Shown here piece by piece: positions 36,149 to 47,519 of a stretch of DNA of 64,000 bases. This stretch comes from Bacteroidota bacterium (lineage in GTDB: Bacteria > Bacteroidota > Ignavibacteria > UBA10030 > UBA8401): positions 4,769 through 68,768 of the forward strand of contig JAGVPT010000185.1 of NCBI GenBank assembly GCA_020052095.1. Reading direction: 5' to 3'. Under the pieces are notes generated by a model. That model was not told the DNA's origin, searched no databases, and saw nothing but the letters and a program-made list of their open reading frames with translations. The first letter of the stretch is position 1. Each line of letters opens with the position of its first letter. The translations under genes were made by a program, and so were the position numbers.

Positions 36149-38386
36149 TCACGAACTCATTCTCTTCCCTAGTGAATCTGAATATACCTCACGAAGCTCC
36201 TCTCCATCCAGAATTGCAATTTCATTGATCGAGACTTTGTCCTCCTGAGTGACAACTCCCAAGAGACAATAATCCACATTGGACTGCCTGATCAATGTCG
36301 TTACCTCCCTTTGATTGTCCCTTGGACACGTAATGATTATTCTAGACTGTTCTTCTCCGAATAGCAAGAAATCATTCCTTAAGGATTTTTCATTTGGGAT
36401 TTGCACTGCACATCCGAACGAGCTGAAAATGGCCGCTTCGGCGATGGCGATTGCTATACCTCCATCGGAAACGTCGTGTGCAGAAGCAACAAGGTTCCTT
36501 TGGATTAGTTTAAGACAGCACTCCTGGATTCTCCGTTCCTCCTCAATGTCGAAATGCGGAGCATCAGTGCCCGCGAATCCAAAGAGTTGCTGAAGGTACT
36601 CGCTGCCGTTGATATCGCCACGGTTTTTGCCCAACAGAATAATGTCATCACCAGGATTTTTGAATGCAGCTGTGGTGATGTGGAATCTGTTCTCTATCAA
36701 CCCGACCATGCCGATTACCGGAGTTGGATAAATCGAGCTTTCAGGACTTTCGTTGTAGAAGCTGACGTTTCCCCCGGTGACGGGCGTGTTGAAAACGCGA
36801 CACGCGTATCCAATCCCCGCAACCGCTTCCTTGAATTGCCAGAACGACTCCGGTTTATAAGGGTTTCCAAAGTTCAAGCAGTTTGTTATTCCAATCGGTG
36901 TAGCTCCCGAGCAGACAACGTTTCGGGCAGCTTCGGCAACTGCAATTTCTGCCCCCTTCCGTGGACTTAAGTATACATAACGACCATTGCAATCGGTTGT
37001 CATCGCAAGAAATTTTTCAGTTCCTTTGATTCGAACGACTGCCGCATCCGACCCGGGAAGTACGCTTGTGTTGGTTCTGACCATGGAGTCGTACTGCTCA
37101 AAAACCCAACGCTTGCTGGCGATGTTCGGTGACGCCAACAATGTCTTGATGCTCCGGCCGTAATCCGGAATCGACCGAAGCGATTGAAAATCCATCGCTT
37201 TGCGATCCCTGATGTATGCCGGTTCAGCCGCATTGCGAATGTACACAGGAGCTCCACCGCCGAGCACGAGCGATTCAGCAGGGACTTCTGCTTTCAATTC
37301 TCCCCCTTTAAATACCCGCACGATGCCGTCATTCGTGACCTCGCCGATGACAACGGAATGAAGATCCCATTTGTCGAAAATTGATTTAACCTGTTCCTCA
37401 CAACCTTTTTTTACGACGAGCAGCATCCTCTCCTGCGACTCGGACAACATAATCTCATATGCGGACATTTCTGATTCTCGGACCGGGACCTTGTCAAGGT
37501 CTACTCTCATACCGGACTTCCCTTTTGCACTCATTTCCATTGTTGAACAAGTGATTCCAGCAGCGCCCATATCTTGTATTCCGATAAGATAGCCCGCCCG
37601 AATTACTTCAAGTGTAGCTTCGAGCAACAATTTTTCAGTAAAAGGGTCGCCCACTTGCACGGAAGGGCGCTTGCTTTCTGACTTTTCAGAAATTTCTTCG
37701 GAAGCGAATGTCGCACCGTGGATTCCATCTCGTCCGGTCGCCGAACCTACAATCATGACCGAATTGCCAACTCCATGCGCGGTGGCAGACGCAACGTCAG
37801 AATGTTTCACGACTCCCACTGCCATCGCATTAACAAGTGGGTTTCCTTGATAGAATTTATTGAAGTACACTTCGCCGGCAACTGTCGGGACGCCGAAACT
37901 GTTGCCGTAATCTCCGATCCCTTTCACCACGCCTCTGAACAATTGACGGGCACGTGAATCACTCAGCTCACCGAATCGCAATGAATTGAGCGCTGCGATT
38001 GGCCGTGCTCCCATGGTAAAGATATCGCGCATGATCCCCCCCACTCCAGTTGCGGCCCCTTGATACGGCTCCACCGCCGACGGATGATTGTGGCTTTCAA
38101 TCTTGAATGCAACGGCCAGTCCGTCACCGATATCAACAAGCCCGGCATTCTCCTCACCTGCGCTGACGAGTAATCGTCCGCCTGAACGAGGAAGCGTCTT
38201 GAGCAGAGCAATTGAGTTCTTGTAGCTGCAATGCTCGCTCCACATGACGCTATAAATCCCCAGTTCGGTGTACGTTGGAGTACGCCCAAGAATGCTCAGG
38301 ACCTTGTCGTATTCTTCGTCAGTGAGCCCGTGGTGAAGAGCAAGCTCTCGGGTGACTTCCGGTTCGGCTCTGTTCGGACTTATCAT
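36149..38386 (-). CDS. purL: Phosphoribosylformylglycinamidine synthase subunit PurL
   Basis: [31 protein letters not shown] and GGNVSFYNE. Confidence 0.96.
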   Translation of the reverse strand: MISPNRAEPEVTRELALHHGLTDEEYDKVLSILGRTPTYTELGIYSVMWSEHCSYKNSIALLKTLPRSGGRLLVSAGEENAGLVDIGDGLAVAFKIESHNHPSAVEPYQGAATGVGGIMRDIFTMGARPIAALNSLRFGELSDSRARQLFRGVVKGIGDYGNSFGVPTVAGEVYFNKFYQGNPLVNAMAVGVVKHSDVASATAHGVGNSVMIVGSATGRDGIHGATFASEEISEKSESKRPSVQVGDPFTEKLLLEATLEVIRAGYLIGIQDMGAAGITCSTMEMSAKGKSGMRVDLDKVPVRESEMSAYEIMLSESQERMLLVVKKGCEEQVKSIFDKWDLHSVVIGEVTNDGIVRVFKGGELKAEVPAESLVLGGGAPVYIRNAAEPAYIRDRKAMDFQSLRSIPDYGRSIKTLLASPNIASKRWVFEQYDSMVRTNTSVLPGSDAAVVRIKGTEKFLAMTTDCNGRYVYLSPRKGAEIAVAEAARNVVCSGATPIGITNCLNFGNPYKPESFWQFKEAVAGIGYACRVFNTPVTGGNVSFYNESPESSIYPTPVIGMVGLIENRFHITTAAFKNPGDDIILLGKNRGDINGSEYLQQLFGFAGTDAPHFDIEEERRIQECCLKLIQRNLVASAHDVSDGGIAIAIAEAAIFSSFGCAVQIPNEKSLRNDFLLFGEEQSRIIITCPRDNQREVTTLIRQSNVDYCLLGVVTQEDKVSINEIAILDGEELREVYSDSLGKRMSS

Positions 38387-38529
38387 ATTCTTCAATATCC
38401 GCTTTCTAAGTTATTGGCTACCACTCTGACAGGCCTTCGGACACAAAGTCCTAAGAACGAAGAAGATCTAAGATTATTTGGTTCTCGAGCGACCAAGTGA
38501 AGATTTTCATACGACTTGCCTCGAATGAG

Positions 38530-39033
38530 TCATGCTATCGTCATGAGGAGCTCTCCCTTTTCGACAACTTGTCTCTCTTTCACGAGCATCCTCTTGATCA
38601 CACCTCCTGTGTTGGCTCGAATCTCATTTTCCATTTTCATCGCTTCAAGTATGAGCAACCCATCTCCCGGTTTGACCTTAGTCCCCTCCTGAACCTCGCA
38701 TCGAACCACCATGCCGGGCATCGGCGAACGAACTTCGGTGTCAATGGCGGTCCGCCTTGTTCCACCGAGAACCTTCGAAGCCAATTGTTTTGTTGAGTCT
38801 TCAGTACTTACTCTAATGAAGTTTCCATTGATTATGATATCATAGTTCAAGTCATTTTTAGTGACCATAACGAAGTAGGACTTTCCTTTAAAGAGTATTG
38901 AAACTCCGTTGGGGGAAATTTTTGTTACTTCTACGGGAATCTTTTCTCCGGCAAGAGACACTGTACCGTCGTCATCAAATCGCCAGTGGAATTTTCTGGT
39001 TCCTATGGTCGAAATTATTGTAGCCACGCTCAT
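38530..39033 (-). CDS. Biotin carboxyl carrier protein
   Basis: SPMPG and EAMKMENE biotinylation motif. Confidence 0.92.
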   Translation of the reverse strand: MSVATIISTIGTRKFHWRFDDDGTVSLAGEKIPVEVTKISPNGVSILFKGKSYFVMVTKNDLNYDIIINGNFIRVSTEDSTKQLASKVLGGTRRTAIDTEVRSPMPGMVVRCEVQEGTKVKPGDGLLILEAMKMENEIRANTGGVIKRMLVKERQVVEKGELLMTIA

Positions 39034-40529
39034 TCGTCAAACCGCTTATTCTTCCAATTTCCGGAGGAGATGCTGTGCTCCCTCATCTCTTTCCCTTTGC
39101 CACTATCCCAATTGTGCATCGATGCGGCGGCTAGAGAGGCAATGAGTTCTTCCTCTTCGCTCCGGATTAATTTGTCAGGATGGTAATATTTTTCTACAAA
39201 ATGAATATCGTATTCGCCCTCGATGAACTTGGGATGGGAGATGACGAATGCACAGAACGGAATAGTTGTCGACACGCCCGAGATCTTAAATTCCTCGAGT
39301 GCACGTTTCATCTTTCGAATGGATTCTGATCGATCGGCGCCCCAAACCACTAATTTTGAAAGCAGAGGATCATAAAAATGAACGATCTCAGAACCGCGCA
39401 TGATTCCGGAGTCATGACGGATTCCGTAGCCCTCGCTCGGCATGTAATCTTCCACTCTTCCGGTTGACGGAATAAATCCTTCCAGGGGATCCTCCGCATA
39501 TATCCTGCATTCGATCGCATGTCCGCGAGGAACGACCTGCTCTTGCGTAAGAGACAACTCTTCGCCTTGCGCAATTCGAATCTGAGCTTTCACGAGATCC
39601 AGGCCGAACACCATCTCAGTAACCGGATGTTCGACTTGGAGTCTTGTATTCATCTCGAGAAAATAGAATGACTTGTCCGAGTCCATCAAGAACTCAACAG
39701 TTCCGGCATTTACGTAGCCACACTTTTGCACCGCATTGACGGCAGCTTCTCCCATCCTCTTTCGGATATCAGGAGTCAATAAAGAGCTCGGACATTCCTC
39801 CACGACCTTCTGATGTCGACGCTGAACGGAGCATTCCCTTTCTCCCAGGTAAATCACATTTCCATGCATGTCTGCGAGTATTTGTATCTCAATATGCCTG
39901 GGATTTTGGAGGTACTTTTCAATGAACACGCTCTCGCTTCCGAAAGAACTCTTCGATTCAGACTTTGCCTGACTAAATGACTGCTCAAGTTCTCCCACTT
40001 CATCGACCTTCCGCATTCCTTTTCCCCCACCTCCGTGTACGGCTTTGATCAGAATTGGATATCCAATACTCTTGGCAACTTTAGCCGCCTCAGTAAAATC
40101 CTTTAATGGATATGTAGTTCCCGGGATTATTGGAACATTTGCTTTCGCCATCAATTCGCGGGCACCTGTCTTACCCCCCATGGATCTCATGGCCGCACTT
40201 GAAGGGCCAATGAAAATTAAGCCGGCCGATGTCGTTGCGTCGACGAAATCTGGGTTCTCGGAGAGGAATCCGTAACCGGGGTGAATAGCGTCACAATGGC
40301 TTGCATGAGCTATATCTATTATTTTTTTGATATCAAGATAAGTATCTTTTGATAAATTTCCGTTGAGAGAATACGCTTCGTTCGCTTGAAGAACGTGCGG
40401 AGCACGCCTGTCCGCGTCCGAAAATATCGCCACCGTTTGAATCCCCATCTCGGAGGCAGAGCGGTGAATTCGAAGAGCAATCTCTCCCCGGTTTGCAATC
40501 AGGATTTTCTTTATGACCTTCGGTTTCAT
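39030..40529 (-). CDS. accC: Biotin carboxylase subunit (acetyl/propionyl-CoA carboxylase)
   Basis: ILIANRGEIA, HPGYGFLSEN, GGGGKGMR and EMNTRLQVEHPVTE; start at ATG 40529. Confidence 0.92.
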   Translation of the reverse strand: MKPKVIKKILIANRGEIALRIHRSASEMGIQTVAIFSDADRRAPHVLQANEAYSLNGNLSKDTYLDIKKIIDIAHASHCDAIHPGYGFLSENPDFVDATTSAGLIFIGPSSAAMRSMGGKTGARELMAKANVPIIPGTTYPLKDFTEAAKVAKSIGYPILIKAVHGGGGKGMRKVDEVGELEQSFSQAKSESKSSFGSESVFIEKYLQNPRHIEIQILADMHGNVIYLGERECSVQRRHQKVVEECPSSLLTPDIRKRMGEAAVNAVQKCGYVNAGTVEFLMDSDKSFYFLEMNTRLQVEHPVTEMVFGLDLVKAQIRIAQGEELSLTQEQVVPRGHAIECRIYAEDPLEGFIPSTGRVEDYMPSEGYGIRHDSGIMRGSEIVHFYDPLLSKLVVWGADRSESIRKMKRALEEFKISGVSTTIPFCAFVISHPKFIEGEYDIHFVEKYYHPDKLIRSEEEELIASLAAASMHNWDSGKGKEMREHSISSGNWKNKRFDE

Positions 40530-42895
40530 TAGTCCTTCAGCTCGACAACAGTGACTCCGGCGCCACCTTCGTTCCATTCTCCAAGACGATGGGATTTGAT
40601 CCTTTTGTCTGACTGGAGATATGAATTTATTCTCTTTCGCAGGACCCCAGTCCCCTTTCCGTGAATAATATCGATTCGATGTAATCCACTAACAGTGGCG
40701 CTGTCAATGAATTTGTCAACCGCCTCAATAGCGTCGTCTCCATAGAATCCCCTAACGTCAAGTTCACGCTGAGGCTTCCCTTCCAGAAAAATTGGTGCAG
40801 ACGCTCGCGGAGCGGCGGACTGGCCTGTCAAAGGAACTACGTCGCTGATGTGCACCTTCATCTTCAGGCTGTCAAATGCGACTTGAAGCAGGCCATTGGA
40901 ATCGGAGACCTGCACCACTTCGCCTACCTGCGAATTTGATTTGAGTCGAACAAGACTCCCTTTTGCGACAATGGAGCTGCTATCAGTTGAATGAAGCTCA
41001 AGTTCGCCCAAAGATCTCTCAATACGATGAATCTCAGCCTCCAGCTCATGCACTTCTGCCTTTGATTCCCGAATGACGGATTTCTCCGCCTGACTCTGCC
41101 TTATCTCCTTCACCGAGCGCTCAATTACTGAGTTCGCCTTGCTTATGATCGCCTTTGCTTCTTCTACTGCTTTCGATTTTATGAGTTTCAATTCTCGTTG
41201 GAGTGACTTTAATTTTGTTTCATACTCGGTCACTAATTCATTTAACTGTATCTTTTCCCGGTCGATTGCCTCTAACTGTTTCGAGAGCGCTTGCGAACGA
41301 TTTTCCAAATCAAGAATTAGTTTTTCGAGATGGGATTTCTGCTCTCCAGCCATCGCCTCGGCTTCGGAAATTAGTGAACTTGAAATCCCGAGACGCTTCG
41401 CAATCTCCAGAGCGTAGCTGCTACCTGGCACACCCACTCGGAAATTGTATGTCGGTAAAAGAGATCTTTGGTCGAATTCCATCGCCCCGTTTTCCATCCC
41501 TTCAGTCTCGTGTGCAAACGCCTTTAGTGCAACCTGGTGTGTTGTAGCAATAGTAAATGCTCCCGCCTTTGTGAGCTGGCGAAGAATTGCCGCAGCAAGT
41601 GCCCCACCTTCTACGGGATCTGTCCCTGCTCCTATCTCGTCCACCAAGACCAGGCTTCGACCATCGGCTGTTGAGAGAATCTCTTTCAGTCTGGCGATGT
41701 GGGAAGTGAAAGTGCTGAGATCATTTTCGATTGACTGATCATCACCGATATCGACATGCAATTGAGTAAAAATCGGAAATTCAGAGTCAGGCGACGATGG
41801 GATATGAATTCCTGACTGCACCATCATGACCAATATCCCAACAGTTTTCATGGCGACACTTTTGCCGCCAGCATTCGGTCCTGTAATCAACAATGTCGTA
41901 AAGCCGTTACCAATTTCGATCGAGAGGGGGATTACCTTCTCGCGAGGATGATGCAACAGGAGAATCGGATGCCGCGCCTGGCAAATCTTGAGAGGGCCGG
42001 ATTCTTTTAGAAAGGGTTTATTCCCTTTAATCTCAATGGAATACCTTGCTTTGGCATAAATCAAATCTAGGTGAGCCAGGATATCTAAGTCCCTCAACAA
42101 ATCTAGATGCACTTCGCGAACCTGAGATGTCAATACCCGGAGGATCTTTTCGATTTCTCGCAATTCCTTAAAATGAAGCTCGCGAATTTCGTTATTGAGA
42201 GCCAAAGTCTCGGCCGGTTCAATAAATACAGTCGACCCCGTTGCGGACGAACTGTGAATAAAGCCCGGTACATGGTGCTTCTCCTCCACCTTGACAGGAA
42301 TTACCATCCTTCCGTCCCTCGTGGTAATGATCTCGTCTTGTGCAAAGCCTTTTTCAGAGACACTTCTTAGGATCCGCTCGAGTTGTTTGCGAAGCGACTC
42401 GTACATTGAAACGATGTCATTTCGAATCGTCTTCAATTCTTTACTTGCGTTGTCTCGCACTAACCCATTTTCATCAATGGCTTGAATGATGTTGTACTCA
42501 AGTACTTTATTGGTAGCGATACCTTCACAGAAAGAAGACAATTCAAGATACCCATCACTTCCTTTTTGGATGAAGGTCTTAAGGTTTCTTGAAGTTTGGA
42601 GTGTCTGAGCTATTGCGAGGAGGTCTGACGGCTTGAGAATGCTGTTTTCTATTCCTGACCTCTGCAGCGCTTCTCGGTTATCGTGGAGGCCATCGATCGG
42701 AAAAGGGCCGTCACTTTCCAAAATCCTTTTCAGCTCATCGACCAGAGTCAATTCCCTTGCTACCTCGTCCAAAACAGAGATGGGCGACAAATGCTCCGCC
42801 GCTCGCTTTCCCAATTCGGACGTGACATACGATTGCAGTCGGATGAGTATTTTATTAAACTCAAGTTTTTCGACTGCAGATTGGAATTGGATCAT
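40529..42895 (-). CDS. mutS2: Endonuclease MutS2
   Basis: ITGPNAGGKS, DEIGAGTDP and C-terminal Smr domain (IIHGKGTG). Confidence 0.95.
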   Translation of the reverse strand: MIQFQSAVEKLEFNKILIRLQSYVTSELGKRAAEHLSPISVLDEVARELTLVDELKRILESDGPFPIDGLHDNREALQRSGIENSILKPSDLLAIAQTLQTSRNLKTFIQKGSDGYLELSSFCEGIATNKVLEYNIIQAIDENGLVRDNASKELKTIRNDIVSMYESLRKQLERILRSVSEKGFAQDEIITTRDGRMVIPVKVEEKHHVPGFIHSSSATGSTVFIEPAETLALNNEIRELHFKELREIEKILRVLTSQVREVHLDLLRDLDILAHLDLIYAKARYSIEIKGNKPFLKESGPLKICQARHPILLLHHPREKVIPLSIEIGNGFTTLLITGPNAGGKSVAMKTVGILVMMVQSGIHIPSSPDSEFPIFTQLHVDIGDDQSIENDLSTFTSHIARLKEILSTADGRSLVLVDEIGAGTDPVEGGALAAAILRQLTKAGAFTIATTHQVALKAFAHETEGMENGAMEFDQRSLLPTYNFRVGVPGSSYALEIAKRLGISSSLISEAEAMAGEQKSHLEKLILDLENRSQALSKQLEAIDREKIQLNELVTEYETKLKSLQRELKLIKSKAVEEAKAIISKANSVIERSVKEIRQSQAEKSVIRESKAEVHELEAEIHRIERSLGELELHSTDSSSIVAKGSLVRLKSNSQVGEVVQVSDSNGLLQVAFDSLKMKVHISDVVPLTGQSAAPRASAPIFLEGKPQRELDVRGFYGDDAIEAVDKFIDSATVSGLHRIDIIHGKGTGVLRKRINSYLQSDKRIKSHRLGEWNEGGAGVTVVELKD

Positions 42896-42912
42896 TGAGG
42901 AAATGGCTGCTC

Positions 42913-43440
42913 CTAGGGATTGGCCTTTTTCTTCACCGATTTCATTATTTCCTGATAAAAGTCCTCAGACTCGGGCAAGAAAGTATTAATGCTGTCAAAT
43001 AGACGCGGCGCAAAATTCTTAAGAGGTTTATAGAGAAGGGATTCGGAACGAGTTTCATCGGATGGATAATGAAAATAGATGCTGAGAAAAATGACTGTTA
43101 CGCTTACCAACAGTCCCCCCTCAAGCAATCCCATCAGAAGCCCTCCGATCTTATTCCACAGCCCCTCGCCCAGTTTCTTGATGACGAGCCTGTAAAAGAT
43201 TGCCTGCGAGATCATGATTACACATACGATGACGATGAACGAGAGCGTTGTGCCGGTGCCGGGGGAAAGTCCGAGCGGTCCGGAGATCTCATCGCTGACC
43301 GTCGAGGCGAACTTTGTTGCGACCACGAGGGAAAGTGCGAGACAAATGAGAGCAATAAGCTTCCGCAGTAATCCCTTGCGCCAGCCGGCGAACATGAAGA
43401 CGGAGAGTACGAGCGCCAGAATAATATCGAAGCTACCCAT
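42913..43440 (-). CDS. CvpA family protein
   Basis: Hydrophobic; DIIL...GWRKGL and NKIGGLLMG; typical neighbour of mutS2 and yqeY. Confidence 0.85.
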   Translation of the reverse strand: MGSFDIILALVLSVFMFAGWRKGLLRKLIALICLALSLVVATKFASTVSDEISGPLGLSPGTGTTLSFIVIVCVIMISQAIFYRLVIKKLGEGLWNKIGGLLMGLLEGGLLVSVTVIFLSIYFHYPSDETRSESLLYKPLKNFAPRLFDSINTFLPESEDFYQEIMKSVKKKANP

Positions 43441-43891
43441 TGTATTTTTCGAGCTTTTGTTTTACAATTTCCGAGATTATTTTTGAATCGATCTTGCCCT
43501 TTAGTTCCTTCATCGCCAACGGCATAACTTTACCCATCTCTTTCAAAGAAGAGGCTCCCGACTCTTGTATAACCTTCACTATGATCGCCTCCGCCTCCTC
43601 TTGGGACAATTGTTTCGGCAAGTACTCGAAGATGATTTTGAGTTCCTTTGTCTCCTGCTCGACCAGCTCTGTCCTTCCGGCGGCCTTGAATTGCTCAATT
43701 GACTCATTCCGTTTTTTTACAGCAGAAACAAGGATTGACATTTCATCGTCCTCATTCATCGGACGGTCCAGCCCCTTTTTCTCGAATTCTATAATTTGTG
43801 CGCGCACCATGCGGAGCGTTTCGAGCCGGGTTTTATCCCCGGCTTTCATTGCTGCCTTCAAGTCATCATTTATTTTTTGTGCAAGTGCCAT
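43433..43891 (-). CDS. GatB/YqeY domain protein
   Basis: DLKAAMKAGDK, KKRNESIEQF, YLPKQLS and MGKVM; start at ATG 43891. Confidence 0.92.
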   Translation of the reverse strand: MALAQKINDDLKAAMKAGDKTRLETLRMVRAQIIEFEKKGLDRPMNEDDEMSILVSAVKKRNESIEQFKAAGRTELVEQETKELKIIFEYLPKQLSQEEAEAIIVKVIQESGASSLKEMGKVMPLAMKELKGKIDSKIISEIVKQKLEKYNG

Positions 43892-43919
43892 GATACCGTC
43901 TTTCCTAATACGTTTCTTT

Positions 43920-44630
43920 TTAGACGCCGCCGTATATTCGTACGGTCTGACCATTAATTGCCGATGCTTGGTCAGAGGCCAGAAATAGGACTACGTTCGC
44001 CGCCTCATCGAGTGTGACCCATGCCGCACTCTCCTCCTTGGAGGCAGACTCTCTGTTCGCCGCTGTCAGGAGTATGCTGGGCGCAATTGCATTAACAGTG
44101 ATGTCTGAGTCGAGATATGATTTTGCTTCTTCTCCGGCGATGTGCGTAAAAGTAGCAACTCCAGCTTTCGCAATTCCGTATGCTCCCCTTCCCGCTCCGG
44201 GAGAAAGTCCGGCCATCGCGGAGACGTTGATAATTCTGCCGTATTTATTTTTGCGCATTATCCGGAGAGCGCTTTGCGAACAAAGAAAGCACGTCTTCAA
44301 GTTCAGAGCAAACATAAATTCCCATTCTCTCTCTTCCAAATCAGCGATGTCTTTCTTCGGCATGTAACCCCCGACAAGATTGCAGACTATATGCACGGTC
44401 TTTTTCTTATCCAAAAGAGTTGCGAAGACGCCCTGAACATCTTTCTCTTTTGATAAATCTCCTTTCAGCATTACTGCGCCAGGAAAGTCCTTCATGAACT
44501 GAGGAACGTCGGAGTCGCTGCGATATGTAACAACGACCTCGGCGCCGGCGGCGATAAATCTCTTCGTCAAAACTCTTCCTAATTCACCCGTGCCGCCTGT
44601 GATCAGGGTTATTTTCCCTGTAAGATTCAT
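43920..44630 (-). CDS. SDR family oxidoreductase
   Basis: TGGTGELG, YGIAK and VNAIAP. Confidence 0.9.
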   Translation of the reverse strand: MNLTGKITLITGGTGELGRVLTKRFIAAGAEVVVTYRSDSDVPQFMKDFPGAVMLKGDLSKEKDVQGVFATLLDKKKTVHIVCNLVGGYMPKKDIADLEEREWEFMFALNLKTCFLCSQSALRIMRKNKYGRIINVSAMAGLSPGAGRGAYGIAKAGVATFTHIAGEEAKSYLDSDITVNAIAPSILLTAANRESASKEESAAWVTLDEAANVVLFLASDQASAINGQTVRIYGGV

Positions 44631-44650
44631 CCCGTTGACCTTCCAGCAAC

Positions 44651-44717
44651 AATATATTACAAGCGCGTGCGAAAATCAATCCGATAAATTGATTATTACG
44701 CCAATAGCATGTATATT
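44651..44717. promoter_or_regulatory. Back-to-back divergent sigma70-type promoters (SDR / bshC)
   Basis: Minus strand: TTGATT (44679-44674), N17, TATATT (44656-44651). Plus strand: TTGATT (44689-44694), N17, TATATT (44712-44717). Confidence 0.65.
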
Positions 44718-44750
44718 TATCAAAATTTCATTCACCAATTAAGCATTGAA

Positions 44751-46391
44751 ATGGATTGGATCGATTTCAAACAAATTCAAAACTTCGAGCTTGGGATCAC
44801 CCCCCTTTTTGTGGATTATCTTCATGACTTCGAAAAAGTGGAGCAGTATTTTGCCGTCGATTTTCGAAATAGAAAAGGCTGGAAGAAGCTTCTTGAGAGC
44901 GTGCTTTCGAAGCAAAAAGACCGATCGACGCTGGTTCGCGTTCTGACCGAACAGAATAAGGAACACCATTGCGGGATCAAGACGCTTGCAAATATTGACC
45001 TCCTCGGAAATGACAACACGGTCGCAATCGTCACCGGTCAACAAGTTGGGATTTGTAGCGGTCCTTTGTATACAATCTACAAAACAATCACGGCGATAAA
45101 ATTGGCGGAGCAACTAGCCACGCAATTCCCTGACCACAACTTTGTCCCTGTTTTTTGGGTTGAAGGCGAGGATCATGATTTCGACGAAGTCAACAAGTTC
45201 AATCTTATAAACCCGGGGGGCCAATTCGAGAAAATAGAGTATCTGTGGGGAGGCAAACCGCTGGAAAAGAACCCCGGCCCTGTTGGCAACCTCCTGATCG
45301 ATGGCTTCATTGATAAGTTCTTCGACGACGTGCAATCGAGTTTACAGGAAACCGAGTTCAAGGCGCAAATATTTGCCTCGCTGCGCGGGCATTATCGCGC
45401 TGGTTCGACCCTTGGGAAAGCCTTCCTGGGATTGATGAATCAATTGTTTGAGGAGACTGGACTGATTTTTCTCAACCCGGACAACAAAGAATTCAAGCAA
45501 ATTCTGAAACCCATTTTCCAAAAAGAAATTGCGGCGATAACGAAGACGTCACAGATGGTGATCGAGAGAAGCGCCGAACTTGAAGAGCATTATCATGCGC
45601 AAATCAAAGCGAAAGCGCTAAACCTTTTCATGCTCCATAAGGGGGGACGGTACCTTATCGAAGCAAGAGAACATGATTACAGCCTGAAAGGGACGCGGCA
45701 GTTCTTCTCTAAGGAGGAGTTGAATGCAATCGTGGAGAATACTCCGGAGATGATTTCTTCTAATGTCGTCCTCCGGCCTATTTGCCAGGATACGATTTTG
45801 CCGACGCTCGCGTATGTCTGTGGACCGTCGGAAATCGCGTACTTCGCGCAACTAAAACCGGTGTACGAATTCTTCGGCGTCCCGATGCCGGTTGTCTACC
45901 CGCGCGCAAGTGTGACGATCGTGGAAGAAAAGGTAAAGAATATTCTCGAAAAATTTCAGGTGGACTTCACCGAAGTAATATCAAACCTCGACCCCGTTCT
46001 CATTAGGATCGCAGAACAGGTATCAGAAGTCAAGCTTGAGGCGTTGTTTGAGAGCTTGAACCGCCGTGTGAGGGAGGCAGTCGTTGAATCTCGGTTCGGC
46101 ATTCAACAAATAGATCCCACTCTTTCGGGAGCAGTCGATTCGACATTGGCAAGAATTGAGGGACAAATTAACGTGCTGAAAGAAAAGACCCAACAAGCGC
46201 AACAGCGGCGGCAGGATGTGACGGTGAAGCAGGTACAAAAAGTGGCGTTGAATATTTTCCCTAACTCAAATTTTCAGGAAAGGGAATTCAACGTTGTCTA
46301 TTACATGAATAAATATGGACCGGATTTTGTAAAGTGGCTCGCGGGTGAAATCGTTATCGACCGGTTTCAGCATCAACTGATTGAACTCTGA
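44751..46391 (+). CDS. bshC: Bacillithiol biosynthesis cysteine-adding enzyme BshC
   Basis: VTGQQ...GPLYTIYK, PVFWVEGEDHDFDEV, SNVVLRP, GPSEIAYFAQLK and QER. Confidence 0.92.
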   Translation: MDWIDFKQIQNFELGITPLFVDYLHDFEKVEQYFAVDFRNRKGWKKLLESVLSKQKDRSTLVRVLTEQNKEHHCGIKTLANIDLLGNDNTVAIVTGQQVGICSGPLYTIYKTITAIKLAEQLATQFPDHNFVPVFWVEGEDHDFDEVNKFNLINPGGQFEKIEYLWGGKPLEKNPGPVGNLLIDGFIDKFFDDVQSSLQETEFKAQIFASLRGHYRAGSTLGKAFLGLMNQLFEETGLIFLNPDNKEFKQILKPIFQKEIAAITKTSQMVIERSAELEEHYHAQIKAKALNLFMLHKGGRYLIEAREHDYSLKGTRQFFSKEELNAIVENTPEMISSNVVLRPICQDTILPTLAYVCGPSEIAYFAQLKPVYEFFGVPMPVVYPRASVTIVEEKVKNILEKFQVDFTEVISNLDPVLIRIAEQVSEVKLEALFESLNRRVREAVVESRFGIQQIDPTLSGAVDSTLARIEGQINVLKEKTQQAQQRRQDVTVKQVQKVALNIFPNSNFQEREFNVVYYMNKYGPDFVKWLAGEIVIDRFQHQLIEL

Positions 46392-46404
46392 TTTTGCGCG
46401 CTGA

Positions 46405-47508
46405 TCATATCACCTTCTCGGTTGCCTTATCGAAGAAGTGCGCTTTCGCCATATCGAAGGCAACGTCCATCTCCTTGCCTGCCGCAGGTTCTACGGTTGT
46501 GACGATACGCGCGACGTATTGCGTCGGGCCGCCGGACGTAAAGTACACAAAAATCTCATTCCCCATCGGCTCTACAATGTCCACCTTTACTCTGCAGCGG
46601 GCATGTTCCTTGCTTGTTGTCTTCTTTGCGTCCACGATATGTTCGGGTCGGATTCCGAGCCACACTTCTTTCTCGCGATACTTCTTCAGAGCGGCGTGAT
46701 GTTCCTTTGGTAGTTTCAAGGAAAGCCCCGTTCCCTTCTCCTTAAAGAGCAAACCTTTCTTTTCGGTAATCATTCCGTCCATAAAATTCATTGCCGGACT
46801 GCCGATAAATCCTGCAACAAATTTGTTTACGGGGTTATGGTAGAGGTTCAGCGGTGTGTTCGTTTGGTGAACAAGTCCATCCTTCATCACAACGATCCTG
46901 TCTCCCATGGTCATCGCTTCAGTCTGATCGTGGGTTACATAGATCATAGTGGCCTCAAGGCGCATGTGGAGCTTGGATATTTCCGTCCGCATTTGCACGC
47001 GCAGCTTCGCGTCGAGATTACTCAAAGGTTCATCGAAAAGGAAAACCTTTGGCTTGCGGACGATCGCTCTCCCGACTGCAACACGCTGGCGCTGTCCTCC
47101 GGACAATGCTTTCGGTTTTCGATCAAGATAATCCTCGATACCGAGAATGTCAGCGGCGTCGCGTACACGATTGTCGATTTCCGCTTTCGGATATTTGCGG
47201 AGTCTCAGTCCGAATGACATGTTTTCATACACCGTCATATGTGGATAGAGAGCATAATTTTGAAATACCATCGCGATATCCCGGTCTTTCGGCGCGACAT
47301 CATTAACGACTTTCCCATCGATAGAAACGGAGCCGCTGCTGATGTCCTCCAGCCCGGCAATCATACGGAGTGTTGTCGATTTTCCGCAACCCGATGGTCC
47401 GACGAGGACGACGAATTCTTTGTCGGCAATATCAATGTTAACATCTTTGACGGCAACCACGCCGCCGTCGTATTCTTTTCGGACATTTTCCAGCTTGACG
47501 CTTGCCAC
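46405..47508 (-). CDS. Carbohydrate ABC transporter ATP-binding protein (MalK/UgpC-like)
   Basis: [28 protein letters not shown] and DEPLSNLD; start at GTG 47508. Confidence 0.94.
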   Translation of the reverse strand: MASVKLENVRKEYDGGVVAVKDVNIDIADKEFVVLVGPSGCGKSTTLRMIAGLEDISSGSVSIDGKVVNDVAPKDRDIAMVFQNYALYPHMTVYENMSFGLRLRKYPKAEIDNRVRDAADILGIEDYLDRKPKALSGGQRQRVAVGRAIVRKPKVFLFDEPLSNLDAKLRVQMRTEISKLHMRLEATMIYVTHDQTEAMTMGDRIVVMKDGLVHQTNTPLNLYHNPVNKFVAGFIGSPAMNFMDGMITEKKGLLFKEKGTGLSLKLPKEHHAALKKYREKEVWLGIRPEHIVDAKKTTSKEHARCRVKVDIVEPMGNEIFVYFTSGGPTQYVARIVTTVEPAAGKEMDVAFDMAKAHFFDKATEKVI

Positions 47509-47519
47509 GGTATGCCTCG

